Origin: Escherichia coli | Lineage (GTDB): Bacteria > Pseudomonadota > Gammaproteobacteria > Enterobacterales > Enterobacteriaceae | Length of the DNA stretch: 64,000 nt | Assembly (NCBI RefSeq): GCF_041886205.1 | Contig: NZ_CP169029.1 | Direction: 5' to 3' (one strand) | Shown: piece by piece, positions 32,472-43,919 of the stretch | Layout of the letters: each line of letters begins with the position of its first letter | Numbering within the stretch: the stretch's first letter is position 1 | The notes under the pieces: model-generated | Databases searched by the model: none | What the model was told of the DNA's origin: nothing | What the model saw: the letters and a program-made list of their open reading frames with translations, nothing else | Made by a program: the position numbers and the translations under genes

Positions 32472-32842
32472 ATACACCACGAAAAAATTGGATATCAAAA
32501 ATAAAATGACAATAATGCGGTGGATTATATAGGCATAAAAGATAAATGAGATAGTATTTTCATCAGTGTGAAAATGAACATTGATTTATATAATGAGTTT
32601 GAGTTTTTTTGTTTTTATTGTGAATGATATTTAATTTATGAATATATTAAGAAGAAGCCTTGTCCGGTCGCCTTAAATCGACAAAAGGCATTGTGGCGCT
32701 TCTGTGTAGTCGCTGACCCTATCGTAATCATTAATAAATACTATTTATTCGTCGTTTGTATCCATTGGGTTGATTATTAAGGTGCCGTTCGTTGCTGTTG
32801 CAACCTGTTTGTCACCGTTAATTATTTGTTACCCACAGAACT

Positions 32843-33985
32843 ATGGAATGCGATCTGCTGATGATTAAAATTGAAAAAGTAATTAATAAAAATGACCTTA
32901 AGGCATTTATCGCTTTTCCGTCATCACTTTATCCCGACGATCCAAACTGGATACCCCCTTTATTCATTGAACGCAACGAGCATTTGTCTGCGAAAAATCC
33001 GGGGACGGACCATATCATCTGGCAGGCGTGGGTGGCAAAAAAAGCGGGGCAGATAGTTGGGCGTATTACCGCGCAAATAGATACCTTGCACCGCGAGCGT
33101 TACGGCAAAGATACCGGTCATTTCGGCATGATTGACGCCATTGATGATCCGCAGGTTTTTGCCGCGTTGTTTGGCGCAGCGGAAGCGTGGTTGAAGTCAC
33201 AAGGTGCAAGTAAGATCAGCGGTCCTTTCAGCCTGAATATCAATCAGGAAAGCGGATTACTGATTGAAGGTTTCGATACACCACCCTGTGCGATGATGCC
33301 GCACGGTAAACCGTGGTATGCCGCGCATATTGAACAATTGGGTTATCACAAAGGCATTGATTTACTGGCGTGGTGGATGCAGCGAACCGATCTCACTTTC
33401 TCTCCGGCGCTAAAAAAACTGATGGATCAGGTGCGTAAGAAGGTGACCATTCGCTGCATCAATCGCCAGCGGTTTGCCGAAGAGATGCAGATCCTGCGTG
33501 AGATTTTCAACTCTGGCTGGCAGCACAACTGGGGATTTGTGCCGTTTACCGAACATGAATTCGCGACCATGGGCGATCAACTTAAATATCTGGTGCCGGA
33601 CGATATGATCTACATCGCTGAGATTGATTCTGCACCCTGCGCGTTTATTGTCGGCTTGCCAAACATCAACGAGGCGATTGCCGATCTGAACGGATCGCTC
33701 TTTCCCTTCGGCTGGGCAAAATTGCTGTGGCGTTTGAAAGTCAGCGGTGTGCGAACTGCGCGAGTGCCGCTGATGGGCGTGCGGGACGAGTATCAGTTCA
33801 GCCGCATCGGCCCGGTGATTGCGCTGTTATTGATTGAAGCCTTACGCGATCCGTTTGCCCGCCGGAAGATCGATGCGCTGGAGATGTCATGGCTCCTCGA
33901 AACCAATACAGGCATGAATAACATGCTGGAACGCATTGGGGCAGAGCCGTACAAGCGTTACCGATTGTATGAAAAGCAAATTTAA
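32843..33985 (+). CDS. yghO: YghO, GNAT-like putative N-acyltransferase, apparently intact
   Basis: 380-aa ORF divergent from the lipid operon. The GNAT-like assignment is tentative and from memory of the family; the true start may be the downstream Met (MIKIEKV). Confidence 0.6.
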   Translation: MECDLLMIKIEKVINKNDLKAFIAFPSSLYPDDPNWIPPLFIERNEHLSAKNPGTDHIIWQAWVAKKAGQIVGRITAQIDTLHRERYGKDTGHFGMIDAIDDPQVFAALFGAAEAWLKSQGASKISGPFSLNINQESGLLIEGFDTPPCAMMPHGKPWYAAHIEQLGYHKGIDLLAWWMQRTDLTFSPALKKLMDQVRKKVTIRCINRQRFAEEMQILREIFNSGWQHNWGFVPFTEHEFATMGDQLKYLVPDDMIYIAEIDSAPCAFIVGLPNINEAIADLNGSLFPFGWAKLLWRLKVSGVRTARVPLMGVRDEYQFSRIGPVIALLLIEALRDPFARRKIDALEMSWLLETNTGMNNMLERIGAEPYKRYRLYEKQI

Positions 33986-34061
33986 TACCAGATCCTGTTA
34001 AGCGCAGGGGCGGTCCCATCGCCCCTCGGGGAAAGGGTTAGGGTGAGGGGGAAAACTCTGC

Positions 34062-34832
34062 TCACATTCCCACCTTGTTCATCTCCAGCGGCACCGCCGA
34101 GCGAATCAAATGGTGGCCTTCCAGCTCGATATCGTGGAGATTCTTTTTCACGGTCCGCACATGATCGCGTGCTGCGCGCTGGGCGACGTGCGGCAGCCGC
34201 TGCAACACCGCGTTGTAGATCCGCGCATGCTGGCGATCGATCTGCTTTTTTTGCTGTGGTCGATGGTAGAGATTATTTACGCTGGCAAACACTGAATTAA
34301 ACATCAGATCGGTCAATGATTGCAGCGTAAACACCAGCACCTGATTGTGAGAAGCCTGACAAATGGCGAGATGGAAAGCGTGATCCAACTGAGCATGTTC
34401 GATCAGCGAAATCTCTTTGTTGTTCTCACTGGCGGCGAGCATTTTTTCATAACAGCGGGTTATCACAACAAAATCAGCCTGGGTTCCCAGCGTTGCCGCA
34501 AGCCTTGCCGATTCGCCCTCCAGCAATGCGCGAACGTCGAGCAGATCGTACAGCGTTCGCGGCTGCGTGCTGAACAGATGAATTAGCGGGCTGGTGTCCT
34601 GCACCCGATTAAGCCGTGCGACACGAGAATCGCGACCCTGCGCTGTTTCAATAATCCCGCGCCCGCGCAGCACGGTCAGTCCTTCACGCAGTGCGGAGCG
34701 TGAGAAGCCGAGCTTTTCACACAGTCGACGTTCCGAGGGAAGCGGCTGACCGACCTTCAGTACGCCGTCGATAATTAACCGTTCGATACTCTCTGCAACC
34801 ACTTCGCAAATAGGGCGACGTTCATCTTTCAT
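34062..34832 (-). CDS. glcC: GntR/FadR-family glycolate regulator GlcC
   Basis: Start at the internal Met MKDERRPICEVVAESIERLIIDGVLKVGQPLPSERRLCEKLGFSRSALREGL (winged HTH) of ORF 34062-34901. Confidence 0.85.
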   Translation of the reverse strand: MKDERRPICEVVAESIERLIIDGVLKVGQPLPSERRLCEKLGFSRSALREGLTVLRGRGIIETAQGRDSRVARLNRVQDTSPLIHLFSTQPRTLYDLLDVRALLEGESARLAATLGTQADFVVITRCYEKMLAASENNKEISLIEHAQLDHAFHLAICQASHNQVLVFTLQSLTDLMFNSVFASVNNLYHRPQQKKQIDRQHARIYNAVLQRLPHVAQRAARDHVRTVKKNLHDIELEGHHLIRSAVPLEMNKVGM

Positions 34833-35082
34833 TCCCGGACCTCGTACACAGGTAGGACCAATTTTTCTGTTCTTAACTCGCAAAACACGCACATCACGCA
34901 AGTGATTATGTTACATCGATTTAACATTAAGTTAACCAAGACAAGGTCACAGAGCTGGAAAAAAAATGGTCTGACCGGTAGCTAAAGAGATAGACGAAAA
35001 CGAAAAGCCCGCTTAATAACTGTTCACAGAAGCAGCGCGCAAAAATCAGCTGCCACACAACACAACAAAGCGAAGCCTACTC
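34833..35082. promoter_or_regulatory. Divergent glcC / glcDEFGBA control region
   Basis: Intergenic gap between divergent genes. GlcC-dependent activation of the glc operon is known in E. coli; sites were not verified by eye. Confidence 0.4.
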
Positions 35083-36582
35083 ATGAGCATCTTGTACGAA
35101 GAGCGTCTTGATGGCGCTTTACCCGATGTCGACCGCACATCGGTACTGATGGCACTGCGTGAGCATGTCCCTGGACTTGAGATCCTGCATACCGATGAGG
35201 AGATCATTCCTTACGAGTGTGACGGGTTGAGCGCGTATCGCACGCGTCCATTACTGGTTGTTCTGCCTAAGCAGATGGAACAGGTGACAGCGATTCTGGC
35301 TGTCTGCCATCGCCTGCGTGTACCGGTGGTGACCCGTGGTGCAGGCACCGGGCTTTCTGGTGGCGCGCTGCCGCTGGAAAAAGGTGTGTTGTTGGTGATG
35401 GCGCGCTTTAAAGAGATCCTCGACATTAACCCCGTTGGTCGCCGCGCGCGCGTGCAGCCAGGCGTGCGTAACCTGGCGATCTCCCAGGCCGTTGCACCGC
35501 ATAATCTCTACTACGCACCGGACCCTTCCTCACAAATCGCCTGTTCCATTGGCGGCAACGTGGCAGAAAATGCCGGCGGCGTCCACTGCCTGAAATATGG
35601 TCTGACCGTACATAACCTGCTGAAAATTGAAGTGCAAACGCTGGACGGCGAGGCGCTGACGCTGGGATCGGACGCGCTGGATTCACCTGGTTTTGACCTG
35701 CTGGCGCTGTTCACCGGATCGGAAGGTATGCTCGGCGTGACCACCGAAGTGACGGTAAAACTGCTGCCGAAGCCGCCCGTGGCGCGGGTTCTGTTAGCCA
35801 GCTTTGACTCGGTAGAAAAAGCCGGACTTGCAGTTGGTGACATCATCGCCAATGGCATTATCCCCGGCGGGCTGGAGATGATGGATAACCTGTCGATCCG
35901 CGCGGCGGAAGATTTTATTCATGCCGGTTATCCCGTCGACGCCGAAGCAATTTTGTTATGCGAGCTGGACGGCGTGGAGTCTGACGTACAGGAAGACTGC
36001 GAGCGGGTTAACGACATCTTGTTGAAAGCGGGCGCGACTGACGTCCGTCTGGCACAGGACGAAGCAGAGCGCGTACGTTTCTGGGCCGGTCGCAAAAATG
36101 CGTTCCCGGCGGTAGGACGTATCTCCCCGGATTACTACTGCATGGATGGCACCATCCCGCGTCGCGCCCTGCCTGGCGTACTGGAAGGCATTGCCCGTTT
36201 ATCGCAGCAATATGATTTACGTGTTGCCAACGTCTTTCATGCCGGAGATGGCAACATGCACCCGTTAATCCTTTTCGATGCCAACGAACCCGGTGAATTT
36301 GCCCGCGCGGAAGAGCTGGGTGGGAAGATCCTCGAACTCTGCGTTGAAGTTGGCGGCAGCATCAGTGGGGAACATGGCATCGGGCGAGAAAAAATCAATC
36401 AAATGTGCGCCCAGTTCAACATCGATGAAATCACGACCTTCCATGCGGTCAAGGCGGCGTTTGACCCCGATGGTTTGCTGAACCCTGGGAAAAACATTCC
36501 CACGCTACACCGCTGTGCTGAATTTGGTGCCATGCATGTGCATCACGGTCATTTACCTTTCCCTGAACTGGAGCGTTTCTGA
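35083..36582 (+). CDS. glcD: Glycolate oxidase FAD-binding subunit GlcD
   Basis: 499 aa, FAD-linked oxidase domain. Confidence 0.9.
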   Translation: MSILYEERLDGALPDVDRTSVLMALREHVPGLEILHTDEEIIPYECDGLSAYRTRPLLVVLPKQMEQVTAILAVCHRLRVPVVTRGAGTGLSGGALPLEKGVLLVMARFKEILDINPVGRRARVQPGVRNLAISQAVAPHNLYYAPDPSSQIACSIGGNVAENAGGVHCLKYGLTVHNLLKIEVQTLDGEALTLGSDALDSPGFDLLALFTGSEGMLGVTTEVTVKLLPKPPVARVLLASFDSVEKAGLAVGDIIANGIIPGGLEMMDNLSIRAAEDFIHAGYPVDAEAILLCELDGVESDVQEDCERVNDILLKAGATDVRLAQDEAERVRFWAGRKNAFPAVGRISPDYYCMDGTIPRRALPGVLEGIARLSQQYDLRVANVFHAGDGNMHPLILFDANEPGEFARAEELGGKILELCVEVGGSISGEHGIGREKINQMCAQFNIDEITTFHAVKAAFDPDGLLNPGKNIPTLHRCAEFGAMHVHHGHLPFPELERF

Positions 36583-37634
36583 TGCTACGCGAGTGTGATT
36601 ACAGCCAGGCGCTGCTGGAGCAGGTGAATCAGGCAATTAGCGATAAAACGCCGCTGGTGATTCAGGGCAGCAATAGCAAAGCCTTTTTAGGTCGCCCTGT
36701 CACCGGGCAAACGCTGGATGTGCGTTGTCATCGCGGCATTGTTAATTACGACCCGACCGAGCTGGTGATAACCGCGCGTGCCGGAACGCCGCTGGTGGCG
36801 ATTGAAGCGGCGCTGGAGAGCGCCGGGCAAATGCTCCCCTGCGAGCCGCCGCATTATGGTGAAGAAGCCACCTGGGGCGGGATGGTCGCCTGCGGGCTGG
36901 CGGGGCCGCGTCGCCCGTGGAGCGGTTCGGTCCGCGATTTTGTCCTCGGCACGCGCATCATTACCGGCGCTGGAAAACATCTGCGTTTTGGTGGCGAAGT
37001 GATGAAAAACGTTGCCGGATACGATCTCTCACGGTTAATGGCCGGAAGCTACGGTTGTCTTGGCGTGCTCACTGAAATCTCGATGAAAGTGTTACCGCGA
37101 CCGCGCGCCTCCCTGAGCCTGCGTCGGGAAATCAGCCTGCAAGAAGCCATGAACGAAATCGCCCAGTGGCAACTCCAGCCGCTACCCATTAGTGGCTTAT
37201 GTTACTTCGACAATGCGTTGTGGATCCGCCTTGAGGGCGGCGAAGGATCGGTAAAAGCGGCGCGTGAACTGCTGGGGGGCGAAGAGGTTGCCGGTCAGTT
37301 CTGGCAGCAATTGCGTGAACAACAACTGCCGTTCTTCTCGTTACCAGGTACCTTATGGCGCATTTCATTACCCAGCGATGCGCCGATGATGGATTTACCC
37401 GGCGAGCTACTGATCGACTGGGGCGGAGCGTTACGCTGGCTGAAATCGACAGCCGAGGACAATCAAATCCATCGCATCGCCCGCAACGCTGGCGGTCATG
37501 CGACCCGCTTTAGTGCCGGAGATGGTGGCTTTGCCCCGCTATCGGCTCCTTTATTCCGCTATCACCAGCAGCTTAAACAGCAGCTCGACCCTTGCGGCGT
37601 GTTTAACCCCGGTCGCATGTACGCGGAACTTTGA
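36582..37634 (+). CDS. glcE: Glycolate oxidase subunit GlcE
   Basis: 350 aa; start overlaps the glcD stop. Confidence 0.9.
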   Translation: MLRECDYSQALLEQVNQAISDKTPLVIQGSNSKAFLGRPVTGQTLDVRCHRGIVNYDPTELVITARAGTPLVAIEAALESAGQMLPCEPPHYGEEATWGGMVACGLAGPRRPWSGSVRDFVLGTRIITGAGKHLRFGGEVMKNVAGYDLSRLMAGSYGCLGVLTEISMKVLPRPRASLSLRREISLQEAMNEIAQWQLQPLPISGLCYFDNALWIRLEGGEGSVKAARELLGGEEVAGQFWQQLREQQLPFFSLPGTLWRISLPSDAPMMDLPGELLIDWGGALRWLKSTAEDNQIHRIARNAGGHATRFSAGDGGFAPLSAPLFRYHQQLKQQLDPCGVFNPGRMYAEL

Positions 37635-37644
37635 GGAGCAGGCT

Positions 37645-38868
37645 ATGCAAACCCAATTAACTGAAGAGATGCGGCAGAACGCGCGCGCGCTGGAAGCCGA
37701 CAGCATCCTGCGCGCCTGTGTTCACTGCGGATTTTGTACCGCAACCTGCCCAACCTATCAGCTTCTGGGCGATGAACTGGACGGGCCGCGTGGGCGCATC
37801 TATCTGATTAAACAGGTGCTGGAAGGCAACGAAGTCACGCTTAAAACACAGGAGCATCTCGATCGCTGCCTCACTTGCCGCAATTGTGAAACCACCTGTC
37901 CTTCTGGTGTGCGCTATCACAATTTGCTGGATATCGGGCGTGATATTGTCGAGCAGAAAGTGAAACGCCCACTGCCGGAGCGAATGCTGCGCGAAGGATT
38001 GCGCCAGGTAGTGCCGCGTCCGGCGGTCTTCCGTGCGCTGACGCAGGTAGGGCTGGTGCTGCGACCGTTTTTACCGGAACAGGTCAGAGCAAAACTGCCT
38101 GCTGAAACGGTGAAAGCTAAACCGCGTCCGCCGCTGCGCCATAAGCGTCGGGTTTTAATGCTGGAAGGCTGCGCCCAGCCTACGCTTTCGCCCAACACCA
38201 ACGCGGCAACTGCGCGAGTGCTGGATCGTCTGGGGATCAGCGTCATGTCAGCTAACGAAGCAGGCTGTTGTGGCGCGGTGGACTATCATCTTAATGCGCA
38301 GGAGAAAGGGCTGGCGCGGGCGCGCAATAATATTGATGCCTGGTGGCCCGCGATTGAAGCAGGTGCTGAGGCAATTTTGCAAACCGCCAGCGGTTGCGGC
38401 GCGTTTGTCAAAGAGTACGGGCAGATGCTGAAAAACGATGCGTTATATGCCGATAAAGCGCGTCAAGTCAGTGAACTGGCGGTCGATTTAGTCGAGCTTC
38501 TGCGCGAGGAACCGCTGGAAAAACTGGCAGTTCGCGGCGATAAAAAACTGGCCTTCCACTGCCCGTGTACCCTACAACATGCGCAAAAGCTGAACGGCGA
38601 AGTGGAAAAAGTGTTGCTTCGTCTTGGATTTACCTTAACGGACGTTCCCGACAGCCATCTGTGCTGCGGTTCAGCGGGAACATATGCGTTAACGCATCCC
38701 GATCTGGCACGCCAGCTGCGGGATAACAAAATGAATGCGCTGGAAAGCGGCAAACCGGAAATGATCGTCACCGCCAACATTGGTTGCCAGACGCATCTGG
38801 CGAGCGCCGGTCGTACCTCTGTGCGTCACTGGATTGAAATTGTAGAACAAGCCCTTGAAAAGGAATAA
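37645..38868 (+). CDS. glcF: Glycolate oxidase iron-sulfur subunit GlcF
   Basis: MQTQLTEEMRQNARALEADSILRACVHCGFCTATCPTYQ…; start at the internal ATG at 37645 of ORF 37498-38868, giving 407 aa. Confidence 0.9.
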   Translation: MQTQLTEEMRQNARALEADSILRACVHCGFCTATCPTYQLLGDELDGPRGRIYLIKQVLEGNEVTLKTQEHLDRCLTCRNCETTCPSGVRYHNLLDIGRDIVEQKVKRPLPERMLREGLRQVVPRPAVFRALTQVGLVLRPFLPEQVRAKLPAETVKAKPRPPLRHKRRVLMLEGCAQPTLSPNTNAATARVLDRLGISVMSANEAGCCGAVDYHLNAQEKGLARARNNIDAWWPAIEAGAEAILQTASGCGAFVKEYGQMLKNDALYADKARQVSELAVDLVELLREEPLEKLAVRGDKKLAFHCPCTLQHAQKLNGEVEKVLLRLGFTLTDVPDSHLCCGSAGTYALTHPDLARQLRDNKMNALESGKPEMIVTANIGCQTHLASAGRTSVRHWIEIVEQALEKE

Positions 38869-38872
38869 CAAA

Positions 38873-39277
38873 ATGAAAACTAAAGTCATTCTTAGCCAGC
38901 AAATGGCGAGTGCAATTATTGCCGCAGGTCAGGAAGAGGCGCAGAAAAATAACTGGTCTGTTTCCATTGCTGTTGCCGATGACGGCGGTCATCTGCTGGC
39001 GTTAAGTCGCATGGACGATTGCGCGCCGATTGCGGCTTACATCTCCCAGGAGAAAGCGCGTACCGCCGCGCTGGGGCGTCGTGAAACTAAGGGCTATGAA
39101 GAGATGGTGAACAACGGACGTACCGCGTTCGTGACTGCGCCGTTATTAACGTCGCTGGAAGGCGGCGTACCGGTTGTTGTTGATGGGCAAATTATTGGTG
39201 CCGTGGGCGTTTCTGGTTTAACCGGAGCACAGGATGCGCAGGTCGCGAAAGCGGCAGCAGCGGTGTTGGCGAAATAA
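38873..39277 (+). CDS. glcG: GlcG (haem-binding, DUF336 family)
   Basis: MKTKVILSQQMASAIIAAGQEEAQKNNWSVSIAVADDGGHLLAL…, 134 aa. Confidence 0.85.
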   Translation: MKTKVILSQQMASAIIAAGQEEAQKNNWSVSIAVADDGGHLLALSRMDDCAPIAAYISQEKARTAALGRRETKGYEEMVNNGRTAFVTAPLLTSLEGGVPVVVDGQIIGAVGVSGLTGAQDAQVAKAAAAVLAK

Positions 39278-39298
39278 GCGAAAACGAGGAGATAAACA

Positions 39299-41470
39299 AT
39301 GAGTCAAACCATAACCCAGGGCCGTTTACGCATTGACGCCAATTTTAAACGTTTTGTGGATGAAGAAGTTTTACCGGGAACAGGGCTGGACGCTGCGGCG
39401 TTCTGGCGCAATTTTGATGAGATCGTTCACGATCTGGCACCAGAAAATCGTCAGTTGCTGGCAGAACGCGATCGCATTCAGGCGGCGCTTGATGAGTGGC
39501 ATCGCAGCAATCCGGGGCCGGTAAAAGATAAAGCGGCCTATAAATCTTTCCTGCGTGAACTGGGCTACCTGGTGCCGCAACCGGAGCGCGTGACGGTGGA
39601 AACCACGGGCATTGACAGCGAAATCACCAGTCAGGCGGGGCCACAGCTGGTGGTTCCGGCAATGAACGCCCGCTACGCGCTGAACGCGGCGAACGCTCGC
39701 TGGGGCTCACTGTACGATGCGTTATACGGCAGCGACATCATCCCGCAGGAAGGGGCGGTGGTCAGCGGCTACGATCCGCAACGCGGTGAGCAGGTTATCG
39801 CCTGGGTTCGGCGTTTCCTCGATGAATCTCTACCGCTGGAAAACGGCAGCTATCAGGATGTGGTGGCGTTTAAGGTGGTCGATAAACAATTACGCATCCA
39901 GTTGAAAAATGGTAAAGAAACCACGTTACGTACCCCGGCGCAGTTTGTCGGTTACCGTGGCGATGCCGCTGCGCTGACCTGCATTTTGCTGAAAAATAAC
40001 GGCCTGCATATTGAACTGCAAATTGATGCCAACGGGCGGATTGGCAAAGACGATCCGGCGCACATCAACGATGTTATCGTCGAAGCGGCCATCAGTACCA
40101 TTCTCGACTGCGAAGATTCGGTCGCGGCGGTTGATGCGGAAGATAAAATCCTGCTGTACCGCAATCTGCTGGGCCTGATGCAGGGGACTCTGCAAGAGAA
40201 AATGGAGAAAAACGGTCGACAAATCGTGCGTAAACTGAATGACGATCGTCATTACACCGCCGCCGATGGCTCTGAAATTTCTCTGCACGGACGCTCGCTG
40301 CTGTTTATCCGCAACGTGGGTCATTTGATGACCATTCCTGTGATTTGGGACAGCGAAGGCAATGAAATCCCGGAAGGCATTCTTGATGGCGTCATGACTG
40401 GCGCGATTGCCCTCTATGATTTAAAAGTGCAGAAAAACTCGCGCACTGGCAGCGTCTATATTGTGAAACCGAAAATGCACGGTCCGCAGGAAGTGGCGTT
40501 CGCCAACAAACTGTTTACCCGCATTGAGACAATGCTCGGTATGGCACCGAATACCCTGAAAATGGGCATTATGGATGAAGAACGTCGGACCTCGCTGAAC
40601 TTGCGTAGCTGTATCGCTCAGGCGCGCAACCGCGTGGCGTTCATCAATACCGGTTTCCTCGACCGTACCGGCGATGAAATGCATTCGGTGATGGAAGCTG
40701 GCCCGATGCTGCGTAAAAATCAGATGAAATCGACGCCGTGGATCAAAGCCTACGAGCGTAATAACGTGCTTTCCGGCCTGTTCTGTGGGCTGCGCGGTAA
40801 AGCGCAAATCGGTAAAGGCATGTGGGCAATGCCGGACCTGATGGCAGACATGTACAGCCAGAAGGGCGACCAACTGCGTGCCGGGGCAAACACAGCCTGG
40901 GTTCCGTCACCAACCGCTGCTACGCTCCATGCGCTGCACTACCACCAAACCAACGTACAGAGCGTGCAAGCCAACATTGCCCAGACCGAGTTTAATGCTG
41001 AATTTGAACCGCTGCTGGACGATCTGCTGACTATTCCGGTTGCTGAAAACGCTAACTGGTCGGCGCAAGAGATCCAACAAGAGCTGGATAACAACGTGCA
41101 GGGGATTCTGGGGTACGTGGTGCGCTGGGTGGAGCAGGGGATTGGTTGTTCAAAAGTGCCGGATATTCACAATGTGGCGCTGATGGAAGACCGCGCAACG
41201 CTGCGTATCTCCAGCCAGCATATCGCCAACTGGTTACGTCACGGTATTCTGACCAAAGAACAGGTGCAGGCGTCGCTGGAGAATATGGCGAAAGTGGTTG
41301 ATCAGCAAAACGCTGGCGATCCGGCTTACCGTCCGATGGCGGGGAATTTCGCTAACTCGTGTGCTTTTAAAGCTGCCAGCGATTTGATCTTCCTCGGCGT
41401 GAAACAGCCAAACGGTTATACCGAACCGTTATTACACGCCTGGCGTTTACGCGAAAAAGAAAGTCATTAA
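39299..41470 (+). CDS. glcB: Malate synthase G
   Basis: 723 aa, [36 protein letters not shown]…. Confidence 0.95.
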   Translation: MSQTITQGRLRIDANFKRFVDEEVLPGTGLDAAAFWRNFDEIVHDLAPENRQLLAERDRIQAALDEWHRSNPGPVKDKAAYKSFLRELGYLVPQPERVTVETTGIDSEITSQAGPQLVVPAMNARYALNAANARWGSLYDALYGSDIIPQEGAVVSGYDPQRGEQVIAWVRRFLDESLPLENGSYQDVVAFKVVDKQLRIQLKNGKETTLRTPAQFVGYRGDAAALTCILLKNNGLHIELQIDANGRIGKDDPAHINDVIVEAAISTILDCEDSVAAVDAEDKILLYRNLLGLMQGTLQEKMEKNGRQIVRKLNDDRHYTAADGSEISLHGRSLLFIRNVGHLMTIPVIWDSEGNEIPEGILDGVMTGAIALYDLKVQKNSRTGSVYIVKPKMHGPQEVAFANKLFTRIETMLGMAPNTLKMGIMDEERRTSLNLRSCIAQARNRVAFINTGFLDRTGDEMHSVMEAGPMLRKNQMKSTPWIKAYERNNVLSGLFCGLRGKAQIGKGMWAMPDLMADMYSQKGDQLRAGANTAWVPSPTAATLHALHYHQTNVQSVQANIAQTEFNAEFEPLLDDLLTIPVAENANWSAQEIQQELDNNVQGILGYVVRWVEQGIGCSKVPDIHNVALMEDRATLRISSQHIANWLRHGILTKEQVQASLENMAKVVDQQNAGDPAYRPMAGNFANSCAFKAASDLIFLGVKQPNGYTEPLLHAWRLREKESH

Positions 41471-41824
41471 TAGCGTCAAAAAAGCCCCGGCAAGTTTTAT
41501 TGTCGGGGCTATGATAGTAACTGCGGTAGTACATTTATCCCGGAAATAACCGGAGCGATTATCAGGGTTTAACAATATTAAATACCCGTAGCGCATTACT
41601 AGCGGGCCTAAAACAACAATATGGACATCTTAACGATACTCTGCGCCTGCGTGTGCGGAACAGAAACCCTTACCCGATATACTTGTTATGCCAGAGGTAG
41701 CAATTGCGTTAGCGGCGTACTGTTGCTGTAAAGTATAACGTCTATATTTTACAGTTCAGTCCTCTTTTGCTTATTACAACCTTAAGTATATCAAGCATAT
41801 AAAGATAATAAGAGACTGAACAAT

Positions 41825-43507
41825 ATGGTTACCTGGACCCAAATGTATATGCCAATGGGAGGACTGGGGCTATCCGCTCTGGTCGCCCTGATCCCGATAA
41901 TATTCTTCTTCGTTGCACTCGCGGTATTACGTCTGAAAGGACATGTCGCTGGAGCAATAACCCTTATATTATCTATCCTGATTGCAATATTCGCCTTTAA
42001 AATGCCGATTGATATGGCATTTGCTGCTGCGGGCTATGGCTTTATTTATGGATTATGGCCAATTGCGTGGATTATTGTCGCGGCGGTGTTCCTGTATAAA
42101 TTAACCGTTGCCAGCGGGCAGTTCGATATTATCCGCAGCTCGGTTATCTCCATCACCGACGATCAGCGTTTGCAGGTGTTACTGATTGGTTTCTCCTTTG
42201 GTGCGTTGCTGGAAGGAGCGGCTGGCTTTGGTGCTCCGGTGGCGATTACCGGTGCGCTGCTGGTGGGCCTGGGCTTCAAACCGTTATACGCGGCGGGGTT
42301 GTGTCTGATTGCCAACACTGCGCCAGTGGCGTTTGGTGCGTTGGGCGTGCCGATTCTGGTCGCCGGTCAGGTAACGGGAATCGATCCGTTCCACATTGGC
42401 GCAATGGCGGGACGCCAGTTACCGTTCCTGTCGGTTCTTGTGCCGTTCTGGCTGGTAGCAATGATGGACGGCTGGAAAGGGGTGAAAGAGACGTGGCCAG
42501 CGGCGCTGGTTGCTGGGGGAAGCTTTGCTGTCACTCAGTTCTTTACCTCTAACTATATTGGTCCGGAACTGCCGGATATTACTTCGGCGCTGGTGAGTAT
42601 CGTCTCACTCGCTTTATTCCTTAAAGTCTGGCGGCCGAAAAATACCGAAACGGCAATCAGCATGGGGCAATCCGCAGGTGCGATGGTGGTAAATAAGCCA
42701 TCTTCTGGCGGTCCCGTGCCTTCAGAATATAGTCTGGGGCAAATCATTCGTGCGTGGTCACCGTTTTTAATCTTAACGGTGCTGGTCACCATCTGGACCA
42801 TGAAGCCGTTTAAAGCGTTATTTGCTCCGGGCGGCGCGTTTTATTCACTGGTGATTAATTTCCAGATCCCTCATTTGCATCAACAAGTGTTGAAAGCGGC
42901 ACCCATTGTCGCCCAACCAACGCCAATGGATGCGGTGTTTAAATTCGACCCTCTCTCGGCTGGCGGCACCGCTATTTTTATTGCGGCGATTATCTCTATC
43001 TCCATCCTCGGTGTTGGGATCAAGAAAGGTATTGGCGTCTTTGCCGAAACGCTAATTAGCTTGAAGTGGCCGATACTGTCGATTGGCATGGTGCTGGCGT
43101 TCGCCTTCGTCACCAACTATTCTGGCATGTCCACCACGCTGGCGCTGGTACTGGCAGGTACAGGCGTGATGTTCCCGTTCTTCTCACCGTTTCTCGGCTG
43201 GCTGGGCGTATTCCTTACCGGCTCGGACACCTCCTCTAACGCCCTGTTTGGTTCACTGCAATCGACCACGGCGCAGCAAATCAACGTCTCTGACACTCTG
43301 CTGGTGGCAGCAAATACCAGCGGCGGCGTAACTGGCAAGATGATCTCCCCGCAATCTATCGCCGTGGCCTGCGCCGCGACGGGCATGGTGGGCCGGGAAT
43401 CTGAACTGTTCCGCTACACCGTGAAGCACAGTCTGATTTTTGCCAGCGTTATCGGCATTATCACGCTGTTGCAGGCGTATGTGTTTACCGGGATGTTGGT
43501 AAGTTAA
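41825..43507 (+). CDS. glcA: Glycolate/lactate permease GlcA
   Basis: 560 aa, polytopic, LctP family. Confidence 0.9.
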   Translation: MVTWTQMYMPMGGLGLSALVALIPIIFFFVALAVLRLKGHVAGAITLILSILIAIFAFKMPIDMAFAAAGYGFIYGLWPIAWIIVAAVFLYKLTVASGQFDIIRSSVISITDDQRLQVLLIGFSFGALLEGAAGFGAPVAITGALLVGLGFKPLYAAGLCLIANTAPVAFGALGVPILVAGQVTGIDPFHIGAMAGRQLPFLSVLVPFWLVAMMDGWKGVKETWPAALVAGGSFAVTQFFTSNYIGPELPDITSALVSIVSLALFLKVWRPKNTETAISMGQSAGAMVVNKPSSGGPVPSEYSLGQIIRAWSPFLILTVLVTIWTMKPFKALFAPGGAFYSLVINFQIPHLHQQVLKAAPIVAQPTPMDAVFKFDPLSAGGTAIFIAAIISISILGVGIKKGIGVFAETLISLKWPILSIGMVLAFAFVTNYSGMSTTLALVLAGTGVMFPFFSPFLGWLGVFLTGSDTSSNALFGSLQSTTAQQINVSDTLLVAANTSGGVTGKMISPQSIAVACAATGMVGRESELFRYTVKHSLIFASVIGIITLLQAYVFTGMLVS

Positions 43508-43534
43508 TAGAATAGTTATGCCTGACGTTAATAC

Positions 43535-43570
43535 AAACCCAGTCTATCAGACTGGGTTTGTTAGTATTTC
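43535..43570 (+). terminator. Rho-independent terminator after glcA
   Basis: aaacccagtctatcagactgggttt hairpin followed by a T-rich tail. Confidence 0.5.
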
Positions 43571-43919
43571 CGATATCAGACAGGGAAAATGCCTGGTCAG
43601 AAATGGGGCGTAATTCGGTTTTCTCAAAAAAGTAAAAAACGCCTTGTGGGCGGGGGATTATCTTACGACATGTAATTTGTTCCATACTTTTAAACTCCCC
43701 ATTGTTATGAAGTAAAGGCGTTATCTTTTTATCCGTTCAAACTTTAGCTCAAATTTGTAGCATGCAGATTCCGGTATTTTTCCTGATACCAGAAAAAAGT
43801 CACTGGAGGAAAGGTTGTGATAAAAATCACAAATTAAGTCAGGTTACTGGAGATAAAGTCTGCAACAGAGAATTATCGTAGTCTGTGTACCTCAACCAGT
43901 ATTTTAAAGGCTCTGTTAC

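Noticed and set aside
41478-41512. Hairpin after glcB as an intrinsic terminator
   Set aside because: The stem-loop is present but there is no downstream T-run; glcA follows in the same operon, so it is at most an attenuating structure.
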